A stretch of DNA of 64,000 nucleotides from Azolla caroliniana. Taxonomy: Eukaryota > Plantae > Polypodiophyta. Every line of letters starts with the position of its first letter. Position 1 is the stretch's first letter. Below are positions 11,936 to 26,113 of the stretch, piece by piece. The notes beneath the pieces are model-generated. The model saw only the letters and a list, made by a program, of their open reading frames with translations. It searched no databases and was not told the DNA's origin. The stretch lies in the NCBI GenBank assembly GCA_043228905.1, contig JBHGNT010000044.1:124001-188000 (forward strand), read 5' to 3'. The translations under genes were made by a program, and so were the position numbers.

Positions 11936-14900
11936 AGTTGAGAAGAGCCCTTGACTAAATTAAAATGTTCATACCTGGTTCGTGTGATATCGGATATTTG
12001 TGTTCAAACATGCGAATCAAAGCTAACAATGCTAGCTACAATATGGAATTAAAAAATCAAGATTTTGAAACTCAGGACGAGAGACATGATGAAAATAGAA
12101 AACCTGGGGAGGGAGTTGAGAGGAGCCCTTGAGTAAATTAAAATGTTCATACCTGGCTTGTGTGGTATCTGATTTTTGTGTTCAAACATACGAATCGAAG
12201 CTAACAACGCTAGCTATCATATGGAATTAAGAAATCAAGATTTTGAAACTCGAGTCAAGAGACATGAAGAAATTAGCAAACTTGAGGAGTGAGTTGAGGA
12301 CACCTAGTAGGTAAATTAAAATGTTCATACCTGGCTCGTGTGATATCGGATTTTTGTGTTCAAACATGCGAATCGAAGGTAACAACGCTAGCTATGATAT
12401 GGAATTAAAAACTCAAGATTTTTAAACTCGGGTCAAGAGACATGACGAAATTACCAAATTTGAGGAGGGAGTTGAGAAGAGCCCTTGACTAAATTAAAAT
12501 GTTCATACATGGCTCGTGTGATATCGGATTTTTGTGTTCAAACATGCGAATCGAAGCTAACAACGCTAGCTATCATATGCAATTAAAAACTCAATATTTT
12601 TAAACTCGGGTCAAGAGACATGAAGAAATTAGCAAACTTGAGGAGGGAGTTGAGAGGAGCCCTTGACTAAATTAAAATGTTCATACCTGGCTCGTGTGAT
12701 ATCGGATTTTTGTGTTCAAACATGCACATCGAAGCTAACAATGCTAGCTACGATATGGAATTAAAAAATCAAGATTTTGAAACTCAGGACGAGAGACATG
12801 ATGAAAATAGAAAACTTGGGGAGGGAGTTGAGAGGAGCCCTTGAGTAAATTAAAATGTTCATACCTGGCTCGTGTGCTATCGGATTTTTGTGTTCAAACA
12901 TTCGAATCGAAGCTAACAACGCTAGCTATGATATGGAATTAAAAACTCAAGATTTTGAAACTCGGGTCCAGAGACATGAAGAAATTAGCAAACTTGAGGA
13001 GTGAGTTGAGAATACCAAGTAGGTAAATTAAAATGTTCATACCTGGCTCGTGTGAAATCCGATTTTTGTGTTCAAACATGCGAATCGAAGCTACCAACGC
13101 TAGCTATTATCTGGAATTATAAAATCAAGATTTTGAAACTCAGGTAAAGAGACATGAAGAAATTAGCAAACTTGAGGAGGGAGTTGAGAGGAGCCCTTGA
13201 GTAAATTAAAATGTTCATACCTCGCTCGTGTGATATCGGATTTTTGTGTTCAAACATGCGAATCGAAGCTAACAACGCTAGCTATCATATGGAATTAAAA
13301 AATCAAGATCTTGAAACTCAGGTCGAGAGACATCATGAAAATAGAAAACTTGAGGAGGGAGTTGAGAGGAGCCCTTGAGTAAATTAAAATGTTCATACCT
13401 GGCTCGTGTGATATCGGATTTTTGTGTTCAAACATGCGAATCGAAGCTAACAACGCTAACTATGATATGGATTTAAAAACTCAAGATTTTTAAACTCGGG
13501 TCAAGAGACATGAAGAAATTACCAAATTTGAGGAGGGAGTCGAGAAGAGCTCTTGACTAAATTAAAATGTTCATTCCTGGCTCGTGTGATATCGGATTTT
13601 TGTGTTCAAACATGCGAATCGAAGCTAACAATGCTAGCTACGATATGGAATTAAAAAATCAAGATTTTGAAACTCAGGACGAGAGACATGATGAAAATAG
13701 AAAACTTGGGGAGGGAGTTGAGAGGAGCCCTTGAGTAAATTAAAATGTTCATACCTGGCTTGTGTGGTATCGGATTTTTGTGTTCAAACATGCGCATCGA
13801 AGCTAACAATGCTAGCTACGATATGGAATTAAAAAATCAAGATTTTGAAACTCAGGACGAGAGACATGATGAAAATAGAAAACTTGGGGAGGGAGTTGAG
13901 AGGAGCCCTTGAGTAAATTAAAATGTTCATACCTGGCTCGTGTGCTATCGGATTTTTGTGTTCAAACATGCGAATCGAAGCTAACAACGCTAGCTATGAT
14001 ATGGAATTAAAAACTCAAGATTTTGAAACTCAGGTCAACAGACATGAAGAAATTAGCAAACTTGAGGAGTGAGTTCAGAAGACCAAGTAGGTAAATTAAA
14101 ATGTTCATACCTGGCTCGTGTGATATCGGATTTTTGTGTTCAAACATGCGAATCGAAGCTAACAACGCTAGCTATGATATGGAATTAAAAAATCAAGATT
14201 TTGAAACTCAGGTAAAGAGACATGAAGAAATTAGCAAACTTGAGGAGGGAGTTGAGAGGAGCCCTTGAGTAAATTAAAATGTTCATACCTCGCTCGTGTG
14301 ATATCGGATTTTTGTGTTCAAACATGCAAATCGAAGCTAACAACGCTAGCTATAATTTGGAATTAAAAAAATCGAGATTTTGAAACTCAGGTCGAGAGAA
14401 ATGACGAAAATAGAAAACATGAGGAGGGAGTTGAGAAGAGCCCTTGAGTAAATTAAAATGTTCATACCTGGCTCGTGTGATATCGGATTTTTGTATTCAA
14501 ACATGCGAATCGAAGCTAACAACGCTAGCTATGATATGGAATTAAAAAATCAAGATTTTCAAACTCGGGTCGAGAGACATGAAGAAATTAGCAAATTTGA
14601 GGAGGGAGTTGAGAATACCTAGTAGGTAAATTAAAATGTTCATACCTGGCTCGTGTGATATCGGATTTTTGTATTCAAACATGCGAATCGAAACTAACAA
14701 CGCTAGCTATGATATGGAATTAAAGAATCAAGATTTTCAAACTCGGGTCGAGAGACATGAAGAAATTAGCAAATTTGAGGAGGGAGTTGAGAATACCTAG
14801 TAGGTAAATTAAAATGTTCATACCTGGCTCGTGTGAAATCCGATTTTTGTGTTCAAACATGCGAATCGAAGCTACCAACGCTAGCTATTATCTGGAATTA

Positions 14901-17565
14901 TAAAATGAAGATTTTGAAACTCAGGTCAAGAGACATGAAGAAATTAGCAAACTTGAGGGGGGAGTTGAGAGGAGACCTTGAGTAAATTAAAATGTTCATA
15001 CCTGGCTCGTGTGATATCGGATTTTTGTGTTCAAACATGCGAATCGAAGCTAACAACGCTAGCTATGATCTGGAATTAAAAAATCAAGATTTTGAAACTC
15101 GGGTCGAGAGACATGAAGAAATTAGCAAACTTGAGGAGTGAGTTTAGAAGAGCCCTTGACTAAATTAAAATGTTCATACCTGGCTCGTGTGATATCGGAT
15201 TCTTGTATTCAAACATGCGAATCAAAGCTAACAATGCTAGCTACAATATGGAATTAAAAAATCAAGATTTTGAAACTCGGGTCGAGAGACATGATGAAAA
15301 TAGAAAAGTTGGGGAGGGAGTTGAGAATACCTAGTAGGTAAATTAAAATGTTCATACCTGGCTCGTGTGATATCGGATTTTTGTGTTCAAACATGCGAAT
15401 CGAAGCTAACAACGCTAGCTATGATATGGAATTAAAAAATCAAGATTTTGAAACTCGGGTCGAGAGACATGATGAGAATAGAAAACTTGAGGAGGGAGTT
15501 GAGAGGAGCCCTTGAGTAAATTAAAATGTTCATACCTCACTCGTGTGATATCGGATTTTTGTGTTCAAACATGCGAATCGAAGCTAACAACGCTAGCTAT
15601 GATATGGATTTAAAAACTCAAGATTTTTAAACTCGGGTCAAGAGACATGAAGAAATTACCATATTTGAGGAGGGAGTCGAGAGGAACTATTAGGTAAATT
15701 AAGGTGTTCATACCTGGCTCGTGTGATATCGTATTTTTGTGTTCAAACATGCGAATCAAAGCTAACAACGCTGGCTATAATTTGGAATTAAAAAAATCAA
15801 GATTTTGAAACTCAGGTCGAGAGAAATGACGAAAATAGAAAACATGAGGAGGGAGTTGAGAAGAGCCCTTGACTAAATTAAAATGTTCATACCTGGCTCG
15901 TGTGATATCGGATTTTTGTAGTCAAACATGCGAATCGAAGCTAACAACGCTAGCTATGATATGGAATTAAAAAATCAAGATTTTGAATCTCGGGTCGAGA
16001 GACATGAAGAAATTAGCAAACTTGAGGAGGGAGTTGAGAATACCTAGTAGGTAAATTAAAATGTTGATACCTGGCTCGTGTGAAATCCGATTCTTGTGTT
16101 CCAACATGCGAATGGAAGCTACCAACGCTAGCTATTATCTGGAATTATAAAATCAAGATTTTGATACTCAGGTCAAGAGACATGAAGAAATTAGCAAACT
16201 TGGGGGGGGAGTTGAGAGGAGACCTTGAGTAAATTAAAATGTTCATACCTGGCTCGTGTGATATCGGATTTTTGTGTTCAAACATGCGAATCGAAGCTAA
16301 CAACGCTAGCTATGATCTGGAATTAAAAAATCAAGATTTTGAAACTCGGGTCGAGAGACATGAAGAAATTAGCAAACTTGAGGAGTGAGTTTAGAAGAGC
16401 CCTTGACTAAATTAAAATGTTCATACCTGGCTCGTGTGATATCGGATTTTTGTATTCAAACATGCGAATCAAAGCTAACAATGCTAGCTACAATATGGAA
16501 TTAAAAAATCAAGATTTTGAAACTCGGGTCGAGAGACATGATGAAAATAGAAAAGTTGGGGAGGGAGTTGAGAATACCTAGTAGGTAAATTAAAATGTTC
16601 ATACCTGGCTCGTGTGATATCGGATTTTTGTGTTCAAACATGCGAATCGAAGCTAACAACGCTAGCTATGATATGGAATTAAAAAATCAAGATTTTGAAA
16701 CTCGGGTCGAGAGACATGATGAGAATAGAAAACTTGAGGAGGGAGTTGAGAGGAGCCCTTGAGTAAATTAAAATGTTCATACCTCACTCGTGTGATATCG
16801 GATTTTTGTGTTCAAACATGCGAATCGAAGCTAACAACGCTAGCTATGATATGGAATTAAAAACTCAAGATTTTTAAACTCGGGTCAAGAGACATGAAGA
16901 AATTACCATATTTGAGGAGGGAGTCGAGAGGAACTATTAGGTAAATTAAGGTGTTCATACCTGGCTCGTGTGATATCGTATTTTTGTGTTCAAACATGCG
17001 AATCAAAGCTAACAACGCTGGCTATAATTTGGAATTAAAAAAATCAAGATTTTGAAACTCAGGTCGAGAGAAATGACGAAAATAGAAAACATGAGGAGGG
17101 AGTTGAGAAGAGCCCTTGACTAAATTAAAATGTTCATACCTGGCTCGTGTGATATCGGATTTTTGTAGTCAAACATGCGAATCGAAGCTAACAACGCTAG
17201 CTATGATATGGAATTAAAAAATCAAGATTTTGAATCTCGGGTCGAGAGACATGAAGAAATTAGCAAACTTGAGGAGGGAGTTGAGAATACCTAGTAGGTA
17301 AATTAAAATGTTGATACCTGGCTCGTGTGAAATCCGATTCTTGTGTTCCAACATGCGAATGGAAGCTACCAACGCTAGCTATTATCTGGAATTATAAAAT
17401 CAAGATTTTGATACTCAGGTCAAGAGACATGAAGAAATTAGCAAACTTGGGGGGGGAGTTGAGAGGAGACCTTGAGTAAATTAAAATGTTCATACCTGGC
17501 TCGTGTGATATCGGATTTTTGTGTTCAAACATGCGAATCGAAGCTAACAACGCTAGCTATGATCT
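11935..17565 (+). repeat. Copy 1 of a ~5.6-kb (~32 monomer) intra-array duplication
   Basis: Private variants recur at a constant +8548 offset (48 x 178 + 4): ATACCTGGTT 11971/20519, AATCAAGATCTT 13301/21849, GAGGAACTATT 15681/24229 and 16928/25476. Confidence 0.92.
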
Positions 17566-18400
17566 GGAATTAAAAAATCAAGATTTTGAAACTCGGGTCG
17601 AGAGACATGAAGAAATTAGCAAACTTGAGGAGTGAGTTTAGAAGAACCCTTGACTAAATTAAAATGTTCATACCTGGCTCGTGTGATATCGGATTTTTGT
17701 ATTCAAACATGCGAATCAAAGCTAACAATGCTAGCTACAATATGGAATTAAAAAATCAAGATTTTGAAACTCGGGTCGAGAGACATGATGAAAATAGAAA
17801 AGTTGGGGAGGGAGTTGAGAATACCTAGTAGGTAAATTAAAATGTTCATACCTGGCTCGTGTGATATCGGATTTTTGTGTTCAAACATGCGAATCGAAGC
17901 TAACAACGCTAGCTATGATATGGAATTAAAAAATCAAGATTTTGAAACTCGGGTCGAGAGACATGATGAGAATAGAAAACTTGAGGAGGGAGTTGAGAGG
18001 AGCCCTTGAGTAAATTAAAATGTTCATACCTCACTCGTGTGATATCGGATTTTTGTGTTCAAACATGCGAATCGAAGCTAACAACGCTAGCTATGATATG
18101 GATTTAAAAACTCAAGATTTTTAAACTCGGGTCAAGAGACATGAAGAAATTACCATATTTGAGGAGGGAGTCGAGAGGAACTATTAGGTAAATTAAGGTG
18201 TTCATACCTGGCTCGTGTGATATCGTATTTTTGTGTTCAAACATGCGAATCAAATCTAACAACGCTAGCTATAATTTGGAATTAAAAAAATCAAGATTTT
18301 GAAACTCAGGTCGAGAGAAATGACGAAAATAGAAAACATGAGGAGGGAGTTGAGAAGAGCCCTTGACTAAATTAAAATGTTCATACCTGGCTCGTGTGAT
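14830..18400 (+). repeat. 7-mer higher-order repeat, 1247-bp period, ~2.8 copies
   Basis: GAGGAACTATTAGGTAAATTAAGGTG at 15681, 16928 and 18175. G8 runs at 16202 and 17449. 1247 = 7 x 178 + 1. Confidence 0.9.
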
Positions 18401-20482
18401 ATCGGATATTTGTGTTCAAACATGCGAATCGAAGCTAATAATGCTAGCTACAATATGGAATTAAAAAATCAAGATTTTGAAACTCAGGACGAGAGACATG
18501 ATGAAAGTAGAAAACTTGGGGAGGGAGTTGAGAGGAGCCCTTGAGTAAATTAAAATGTTCATACCTAGCTTGTGTGGTATCTGATTTTTGTGTTCAGACA
18601 TACGAATCAAAGCTAACAACGCTAGCTATCATATGGAATTAAGAAATCAAGATTTTGACACTCAAGTCAAGAGACATGAAGAAATTAGCAAACTTGAGGA
18701 GTGAGTTGAGGACACCTACTAGGTAAATTAAAATGTTCATACCTGGCTCGTGTGATATCGGATTTTTGTGTTCAAACATGCGAATCGAAGCTAACAACGC
18801 TAGCTATGATATGGAATTAAAAACTCAAGATTTTTAAACCCGGGTCAAGAGACATGAAGAAATTAGCAAACTTGAGGAGGGAGTTGAGAGGAGCCCTTGA
18901 CTAAATTAAAATGTTCATACCTGGCTCGTGTGATATCGGATTTTTGTGTTCAAACATGCGCATCGAAGCTAACAATGCTAGCTACGATATGGAATTAAAA
19001 AATCAAGATTTTGAAACTCAGGACGAGAGACATGATGAAAAGAGAAAACTTGGGGAGGGAGTTGAGAGGAGCCCTTGAGTAAATTAAAATGTTCATACCT
19101 GGCTCGTGTGCTATCGGATTTTTGTGTTCAAACATGCGTATCGAAGCTAACAACGCTAGCTATGATATGGAATTAAAAACTCAAGATTTTTAAACTCGGG
19201 TCAACAGACATGACGAAATTACCAAATTTGAGGAGGGAGTTGAGAAGAGCCCTTGACTAAATTAAAATGTTCATACCTGGCTCGTGTGATATCGGATTTT
19301 TGTGTTCAAACATGCGAATCGAAGCTAACAACGCTATGTCTGATATGGAATTAAAAACTCAAGATTTTTAAACTCGGGTCAACAGACATGACGAAATTAC
19401 CAAATTTGAGGAGGGAGTTGAGAAGAGCCCTTGACTAAATTAAAATGTTCATACCTGGCTCGTGTGATATCGGATATTTGTGTTCAAACATGCGAATCGA
19501 AGCTAACAACGCTAGCTATGATATGGAATTAAAAACTCAAGATTTTTAAACTCGGGTCAAGAGACATGATGAAATTACCCAATTTGAGGAGGGAGTTGAG
19601 AAGAGCCCTTGACTAAATTAAAATGTTCATACCTGGCTCGTGTGATATCGGATTTTTGTGTTCAAACATGCGAATCGAAGCTAACAATGCTAGCTACAAT
19701 ATGGAATTAAAAAATCAAGATTTTGAAACTCAGGACGAGAGACATGATGAAAATAGAAAACTTGGGGAGGGAGTTGAGAGGAGCCCTTGAGTAAATTAAA
19801 ATGTTCATACCTGGCTTGTGTGGTATCGGATTTTTATGTTCAAACATGCGAATCGAAGCTAACAACGCTAGCTATCATATGGAATTAAAAAATCAAGATT
19901 TTGACACTCAAGTCAAGAGACATGAAGAAATTAGCAAACTTGAGGAGTGAGTTGAGAACACCTAGTAGGTAAATTAAAATGTTCAGACCTGGCTCGTGTG
20001 ATATCGGATTTTTGTGTTTAAACATGCGAATCGAAGCTAACAACGCTAGCTATAATATGGAATTAAAAACTCAAGATTTTGAAACTCAGGTCAAGAGACA
20101 TGAAGAAATTAGCAAACTTGAGGAGTGAGTTCAGAAGACCAAGTAGGTAAATTAAAATGTTCATACCTGGCTCGTGTGATATCGGATTTTTGTGTTCAAA
20201 CATGCGAATCGAAGCTAACAACGCTAGCTATGATATGGAATTAAAAAATCAAGATTTTGAAACTCAGGTAAAGAGACATGAAGAAATTAGCAAACTTGAG
20301 GACTGAGTTGAGAAGACCTAGTAGGTAAATTAAAATGTTCATACCTGGCTCGTGTGAAATCGGATTTTTGTGTTCAAACATGCGAATCGAAGCTAACAAC
20401 GCTATGTCTGATATGGAATTAAAAACTCAAGATTTTTAAACTCGGGTCAACAGACATGACGAAATTACCAAATTTGAGGAGG

Positions 20483-23400
20483 GAGTTGAGAAGAGCCCTT
20501 GACTAAATTAAAATGTTCATACCTGGTTCGTGTGATATCGGATATTTGTGTTCAAACATGCGAATCAAAGCTAACAATGCTAGCTACAATATGGAATTAA
20601 AAAATCAAGATTTTGAAACTCAGGACGAGAGACATGATGAAAATAGAAAACCTGGGGAGGGAGTTGAGAGGAGCCCTTGAGTAAATTAAAATGTTCATAC
20701 CTGGCTTGTGTGGTATCTGATTTTTGTGTTCAAACATACGAATCGAAGCTAACAACGCTAGCTATCATATGGAATTAAGAAATCAAGATTTTGAAACTCG
20801 AGTCAAGAGACATGAAGAAATTAGCAAACTTGAGGAGTGAGTTGAGGACACCTAGTAGGTAAATTAAAATGTTCATACCTGGCTCGTGTGATATCGGATT
20901 TTTGTGTTCAAACATGCGAATCGAAGGTAACAACGCTAGCTATGATATGGAATTAAAAACTCAAGATTTTTAAACTCGGGTCAAGAGACATGACGAAATT
21001 ACCAAATTTGAGGAGGGAGTTGAGAAGAGCCCTTGACTAAATTAAAATGTTCATACATGGCTCGTGTGATATCGGATTTTTGTGTTCAAACATGCGAATC
21101 GAAGCTAACAACGCTAGCTATCATATGCAATTAAAAACTCAATATTTTTAAACTCGGGTCAAGAGACATGAAGAAATTAGCAAACTTGAGGAGGGAGTTG
21201 AGAGGAGCCCTTGACTAAATTAAAATGTTCATACCTGGCTCGTGTGATATCGGATTTTTGTGTTCAAACATGCACATCGAAGCTAACAATGCTAGCTACG
21301 ATATGGAATTAAAAAATCAAGATTTTGAAACTCAGGACGAGAGACATGATGAAAATAGAAAACTTGGGGAGGGAGTTGAGAGGAGCCCTTGAGTAAATTA
21401 AAATGTTCATACCTGGCTCGTGTGCTATCGGATTTTTGTGTTCAAACATTCGAATCGAAGCTAACAACGCTAGCTATGATATGGAATTAAAAACTCAAGA
21501 TTTTGAAACTCGGGTCCAGAGACATGAAGAAATTAGCAAACTTGAGGAGTGAGTTGAGAATACCAAGTAGGTAAATTAAAATGTTCATACCTGGCTCGTG
21601 TGAAATCCGATTTTTGTGTTCAAACATGCGAATCGAAGCTACCAACGCTAGCTATTATCTGGAATTATAAAATCAAGATTTTGAAACTCAGGTAAAGAGA
21701 CATGAAGAAATTAGCAAACTTGAGGAGGGAGTTGAGAGGAGCCCTTGAGTAAATTAAAATGTTCATACCTCGCTCGTGTGATATCGGATTTTTGTGTTCA
21801 AACATGCGAATCGAAGCTAACAACGCTAGCTATCATATGGAATTAAAAAATCAAGATCTTGAAACTCAGGTCGAGAGACATCATGAAAATAGAAAACTTG
21901 AGGAGGGAGTTGAGAGGAGCCCTTGAGTAAATTAAAATGTTCATACCTGGCTCGTGTGATATCGGATTTTTGTGTTCAAACATGCGAATCGAAGCTAACA
22001 ACGCTAACTATGATATGGATTTAAAAACTCAAGATTTTTAAACTCGGGTCAAGAGACATGAAGAAATTACCAAATTTGAGGAGGGAGTCGAGAAGAGCTC
22101 TTGACTAAATTAAAATGTTCATTCCTGGCTCGTGTGATATCGGATTTTTGTGTTCAAACATGCGAATCGAAGCTAACAATGCTAGCTACGATATGGAATT
22201 AAAAAATCAAGATTTTGAAACTCAGGACGAGAGACATGATGAAAATAGAAAACTTGGGGAGGGAGTTGAGAGGAGCCCTTGAGTAAATTAAAATGTTCAT
22301 ACCTGGCTTGTGTGGTATCGGATTTTTGTGTTCAAACATGCGCATCGAAGCTAACAATGCTAGCTACGATATGGAATTAAAAAATCAAGATTTTGAAACT
22401 CAGGACGAGAGACATGATGAAAATAGAAAACTTGGGGAGGGAGTTGAGAGGAGCCCTTGAGTAAATTAAAATGTTCATACCTGGCTCGTGTGCTATCGGA
22501 TTTTTGTGTTCAAACATGCGAATCGAAGCTAACAACGCTAGCTATGATATGGAATTAAAAACTCAAGATTTTGAAACTCAGGTCAACAGACATGAAGAAA
22601 TTAGCAAACTTGAGGAGTGAGTTCAGAAGACCAAGTAGGTAAATTAAAATGTTCATACCTGGCTCGTGTGATATCGGATTTTTGTGTTCAAACATGCGAA
22701 TCGAAGCTAACAACGCTAGCTATGATATGGAATTAAAAAATCAAGATTTTGAAACTCAGGTAAAGAGACATGAAGAAATTAGCAAACTTGAGGAGGGAGT
22801 TGAGAGGAGCCCTTGAGTAAATTAAAATGTTCATACCTCGCTCGTGTGATATCGGATTTTTGTGTTCAAACATGCAAATCGAAGCTAACAACGCTAGCTA
22901 TAATTTGGAATTAAAAAAATCGAGATTTTGAAACTCAGGTCGAGAGAAATGACGAAAATAGAAAACATGAGGAGGGAGTTGAGAAGAGCCCTTGAGTAAA
23001 TTAAAATGTTCATACCTGGCTCGTGTGATATCGGATTTTTGTATTCAAACATGCGAATCGAAGCTAACAACGCTAGCTATGATATGGAATTAAAAAATCA
23101 AGATTTTCAAACTCGGGTCGAGAGACATGAAGAAATTAGCAAATTTGAGGAGGGAGTTGAGAATACCTAGTAGGTAAATTAAAATGTTCATACCTGGCTC
23201 GTGTGATATCGGATTTTTGTATTCAAACATGCGAATCGAAACTAACAACGCTAGCTATGATATGGAATTAAAGAATCAAGATTTTCAAACTCGGGTCGAG
23301 AGACATGAAGAAATTAGCAAATTTGAGGAGGGAGTTGAGAATACCTAGTAGGTAAATTAAAATGTTCATACCTGGCTCGTGTGAAATCCGATTTTTGTGT

Positions 23401-26113
23401 TCAAACATGCGAATCGAAGCTACCAACGCTAGCTATTATCTGGAATTATAAAATGAAGATTTTGAAACTCAGGTCAAGAGACATGAAGAAATTAGCAAAC
23501 TTGAGGGGGGAGTTGAGAGGAGACCTTGAGTAAATTAAAATGTTCATACCTGGCTCGTGTGATATCGGATTTTTGTGTTCAAACATGCGAATCGAAGCTA
23601 ACAACGCTAGCTATGATCTGGAATTAAAAAATCAAGATTTTGAAACTCGGGTCGAGAGACATGAAGAAATTAGCAAACTTGAGGAGTGAGTTTAGAAGAG
23701 CCCTTGACTAAATTAAAATGTTCATACCTGGCTCGTGTGATATCGGATTCTTGTATTCAAACATGCGAATCAAAGCTAACAATGCTAGCTACAATATGGA
23801 ATTAAAAAATCAAGATTTTGAAACTCGGGTCGAGAGACATGATGAAAATAGAAAAGTTGGGGAGGGAGTTGAGAATACCTAGTAGGTAAATTAAAATGTT
23901 CATACCTGGCTCGTGTGATATCGGATTTTTGTGTTCAAACATGCGAATCGAAGCTAACAACGCTAGCTATGATATGGAATTAAAAAATCAAGATTTTGAA
24001 ACTCGGGTCGAGAGACATGATGAGAATAGAAAACTTGAGGAGGGAGTTGAGAGGAGCCCTTGAGTAAATTAAAATGTTCATACCTCACTCGTGTGATATC
24101 GGATTTTTGTGTTCAAACATGCGAATCGAAGCTAACAACGCTAGCTATGATATGGATTTAAAAACTCAAGATTTTTAAACTCGGGTCAAGAGACATGAAG
24201 AAATTACCATATTTGAGGAGGGAGTCGAGAGGAACTATTAGGTAAATTAAGGTGTTCATACCTGGCTCGTGTGATATCGTATTTTTGTGTTCAAACATGC
24301 GAATCAAAGCTAACAACGCTGGCTATAATTTGGAATTAAAAAAATCAAGATTTTGAAACTCAGGTCGAGAGAAATGACGAAAATAGAAAACATGAGGAGG
24401 GAGTTGAGAAGAGCCCTTGACTAAATTAAAATGTTCATACCTGGCTCGTGTGATATCGGATTTTTGTAGTCAAACATGCGAATCGAAGCTAACAACGCTA
24501 GCTATGATATGGAATTAAAAAATCAAGATTTTGAATCTCGGGTCGAGAGACATGAAGAAATTAGCAAACTTGAGGAGGGAGTTGAGAATACCTAGTAGGT
24601 AAATTAAAATGTTGATACCTGGCTCGTGTGAAATCCGATTCTTGTGTTCCAACATGCGAATGGAAGCTACCAACGCTAGCTATTATCTGGAATTATAAAA
24701 TCAAGATTTTGATACTCAGGTCAAGAGACATGAAGAAATTAGCAAACTTGGGGGGGGAGTTGAGAGGAGACCTTGAGTAAATTAAAATGTTCATACCTGG
24801 CTCGTGTGATATCGGATTTTTGTGTTCAAACATGCGAATCGAAGCTAACAACGCTAGCTATGATCTGGAATTAAAAAATCAAGATTTTGAAACTCGGGTC
24901 GAGAGACATGAAGAAATTAGCAAACTTGAGGAGTGAGTTTAGAAGAGCCCTTGACTAAATTAAAATGTTCATACCTGGCTCGTGTGATATCGGATTTTTG
25001 TATTCAAACATGCGAATCAAAGCTAACAATGCTAGCTACAATATGGAATTAAAAAATCAAGATTTTGAAACTCGGGTCGAGAGACATGATGAAAATAGAA
25101 AAGTTGGGGAGGGAGTTGAGAATACCTAGTAGGTAAATTAAAATGTTCATACCTGGCTCGTGTGATATCGGATTTTTGTGTTCAAACATGCGAATCGAAG
25201 CTAACAACGCTAGCTATGATATGGAATTAAAAAATCAAGATTTTGAAACTCGGGTCGAGAGACATGATGAGAATAGAAAACTTGAGGAGGGAGTTGAGAG
25301 GAGCCCTTGAGTAAATTAAAATGTTCATACCTCACTCGTGTGATATCGGATTTTTGTGTTCAAACATGCGAATCGAAGCTAACAACGCTAGCTATGATAT
25401 GGATTTAAAAACTCAAGATTTTTAAACTCGGGTCAAGAGACATGAAGAAATTACCATATTTGAGGAGGGAGTCGAGAGGAACTATTAGGTAAATTAAGGT
25501 GTTCATACCTGGCTCGTGTGATATCGTATTTTTGTGTTCAAACATGCGAATCAAAGCTAACAACGCTAGCTATAATTTGGAATTAAAAAAATCAAGATTT
25601 TGAAACTCAGGTCGAGAGAAATGACGAAAATAGAAAACATGAGGAGGGAGTTGAGAAGAGCCCTTGACTAAATTAAAATGTTCATACCTGGCTCGTGTGA
25701 TATCGGATTTTTGTAGTCAAACATGCGAATCGAAGCTAACAACGCTAGCTATGATATCGAATTAAAAAATCAAGATTTTGAATCTCGGGTCGAGAGACAT
25801 GAAGAAATTAGCAAACTTGAGGAGGGAGTTGAGAATACCTAGTAGGTAAATTAAAATGTTGATACCTGGCTCGTGTGAAATCCGATTCTTGTGTTCCAAC
25901 ATGCGAATGGAAGCTACCAACGCTAGCTATTATCTGGAATTATAAAATCAAGATTTTGATACTCAGGTCAAGAGACATGAAGAAATTAGCAAACTTGGGG
26001 GGGGAGTTGAGAGGAGACCTTGAGTAAATTAAAATGTTCATACCTGGCTCGTGTGATATCGGATTTTTGTGTTCAAACATGCGAATCGAAGCTAACAACG
26101 CTAGCTATGATCT
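20483..26113 (+). repeat. Copy 2 of the ~5.6-kb intra-array duplication
   Basis: Same ordered private variants as 11935-17565. Identity breaks at GATCTCGG (26109) versus GATCTGG (17561). Confidence 0.92.
23380..26113 (+). repeat. 7-mer higher-order repeat, 1247-bp period, ~2.2 copies (inside duplication copy 2)
   Basis: GAGGAACTATT at 24229 and 25476. G8 runs at 24750 and 25997. Confidence 0.88.

Noticed and set aside
16202-16209. G-quadruplex potential at G8 runs
   Set aside because: Each run is isolated, 1247 bp apart, without four nearby G-tracts.
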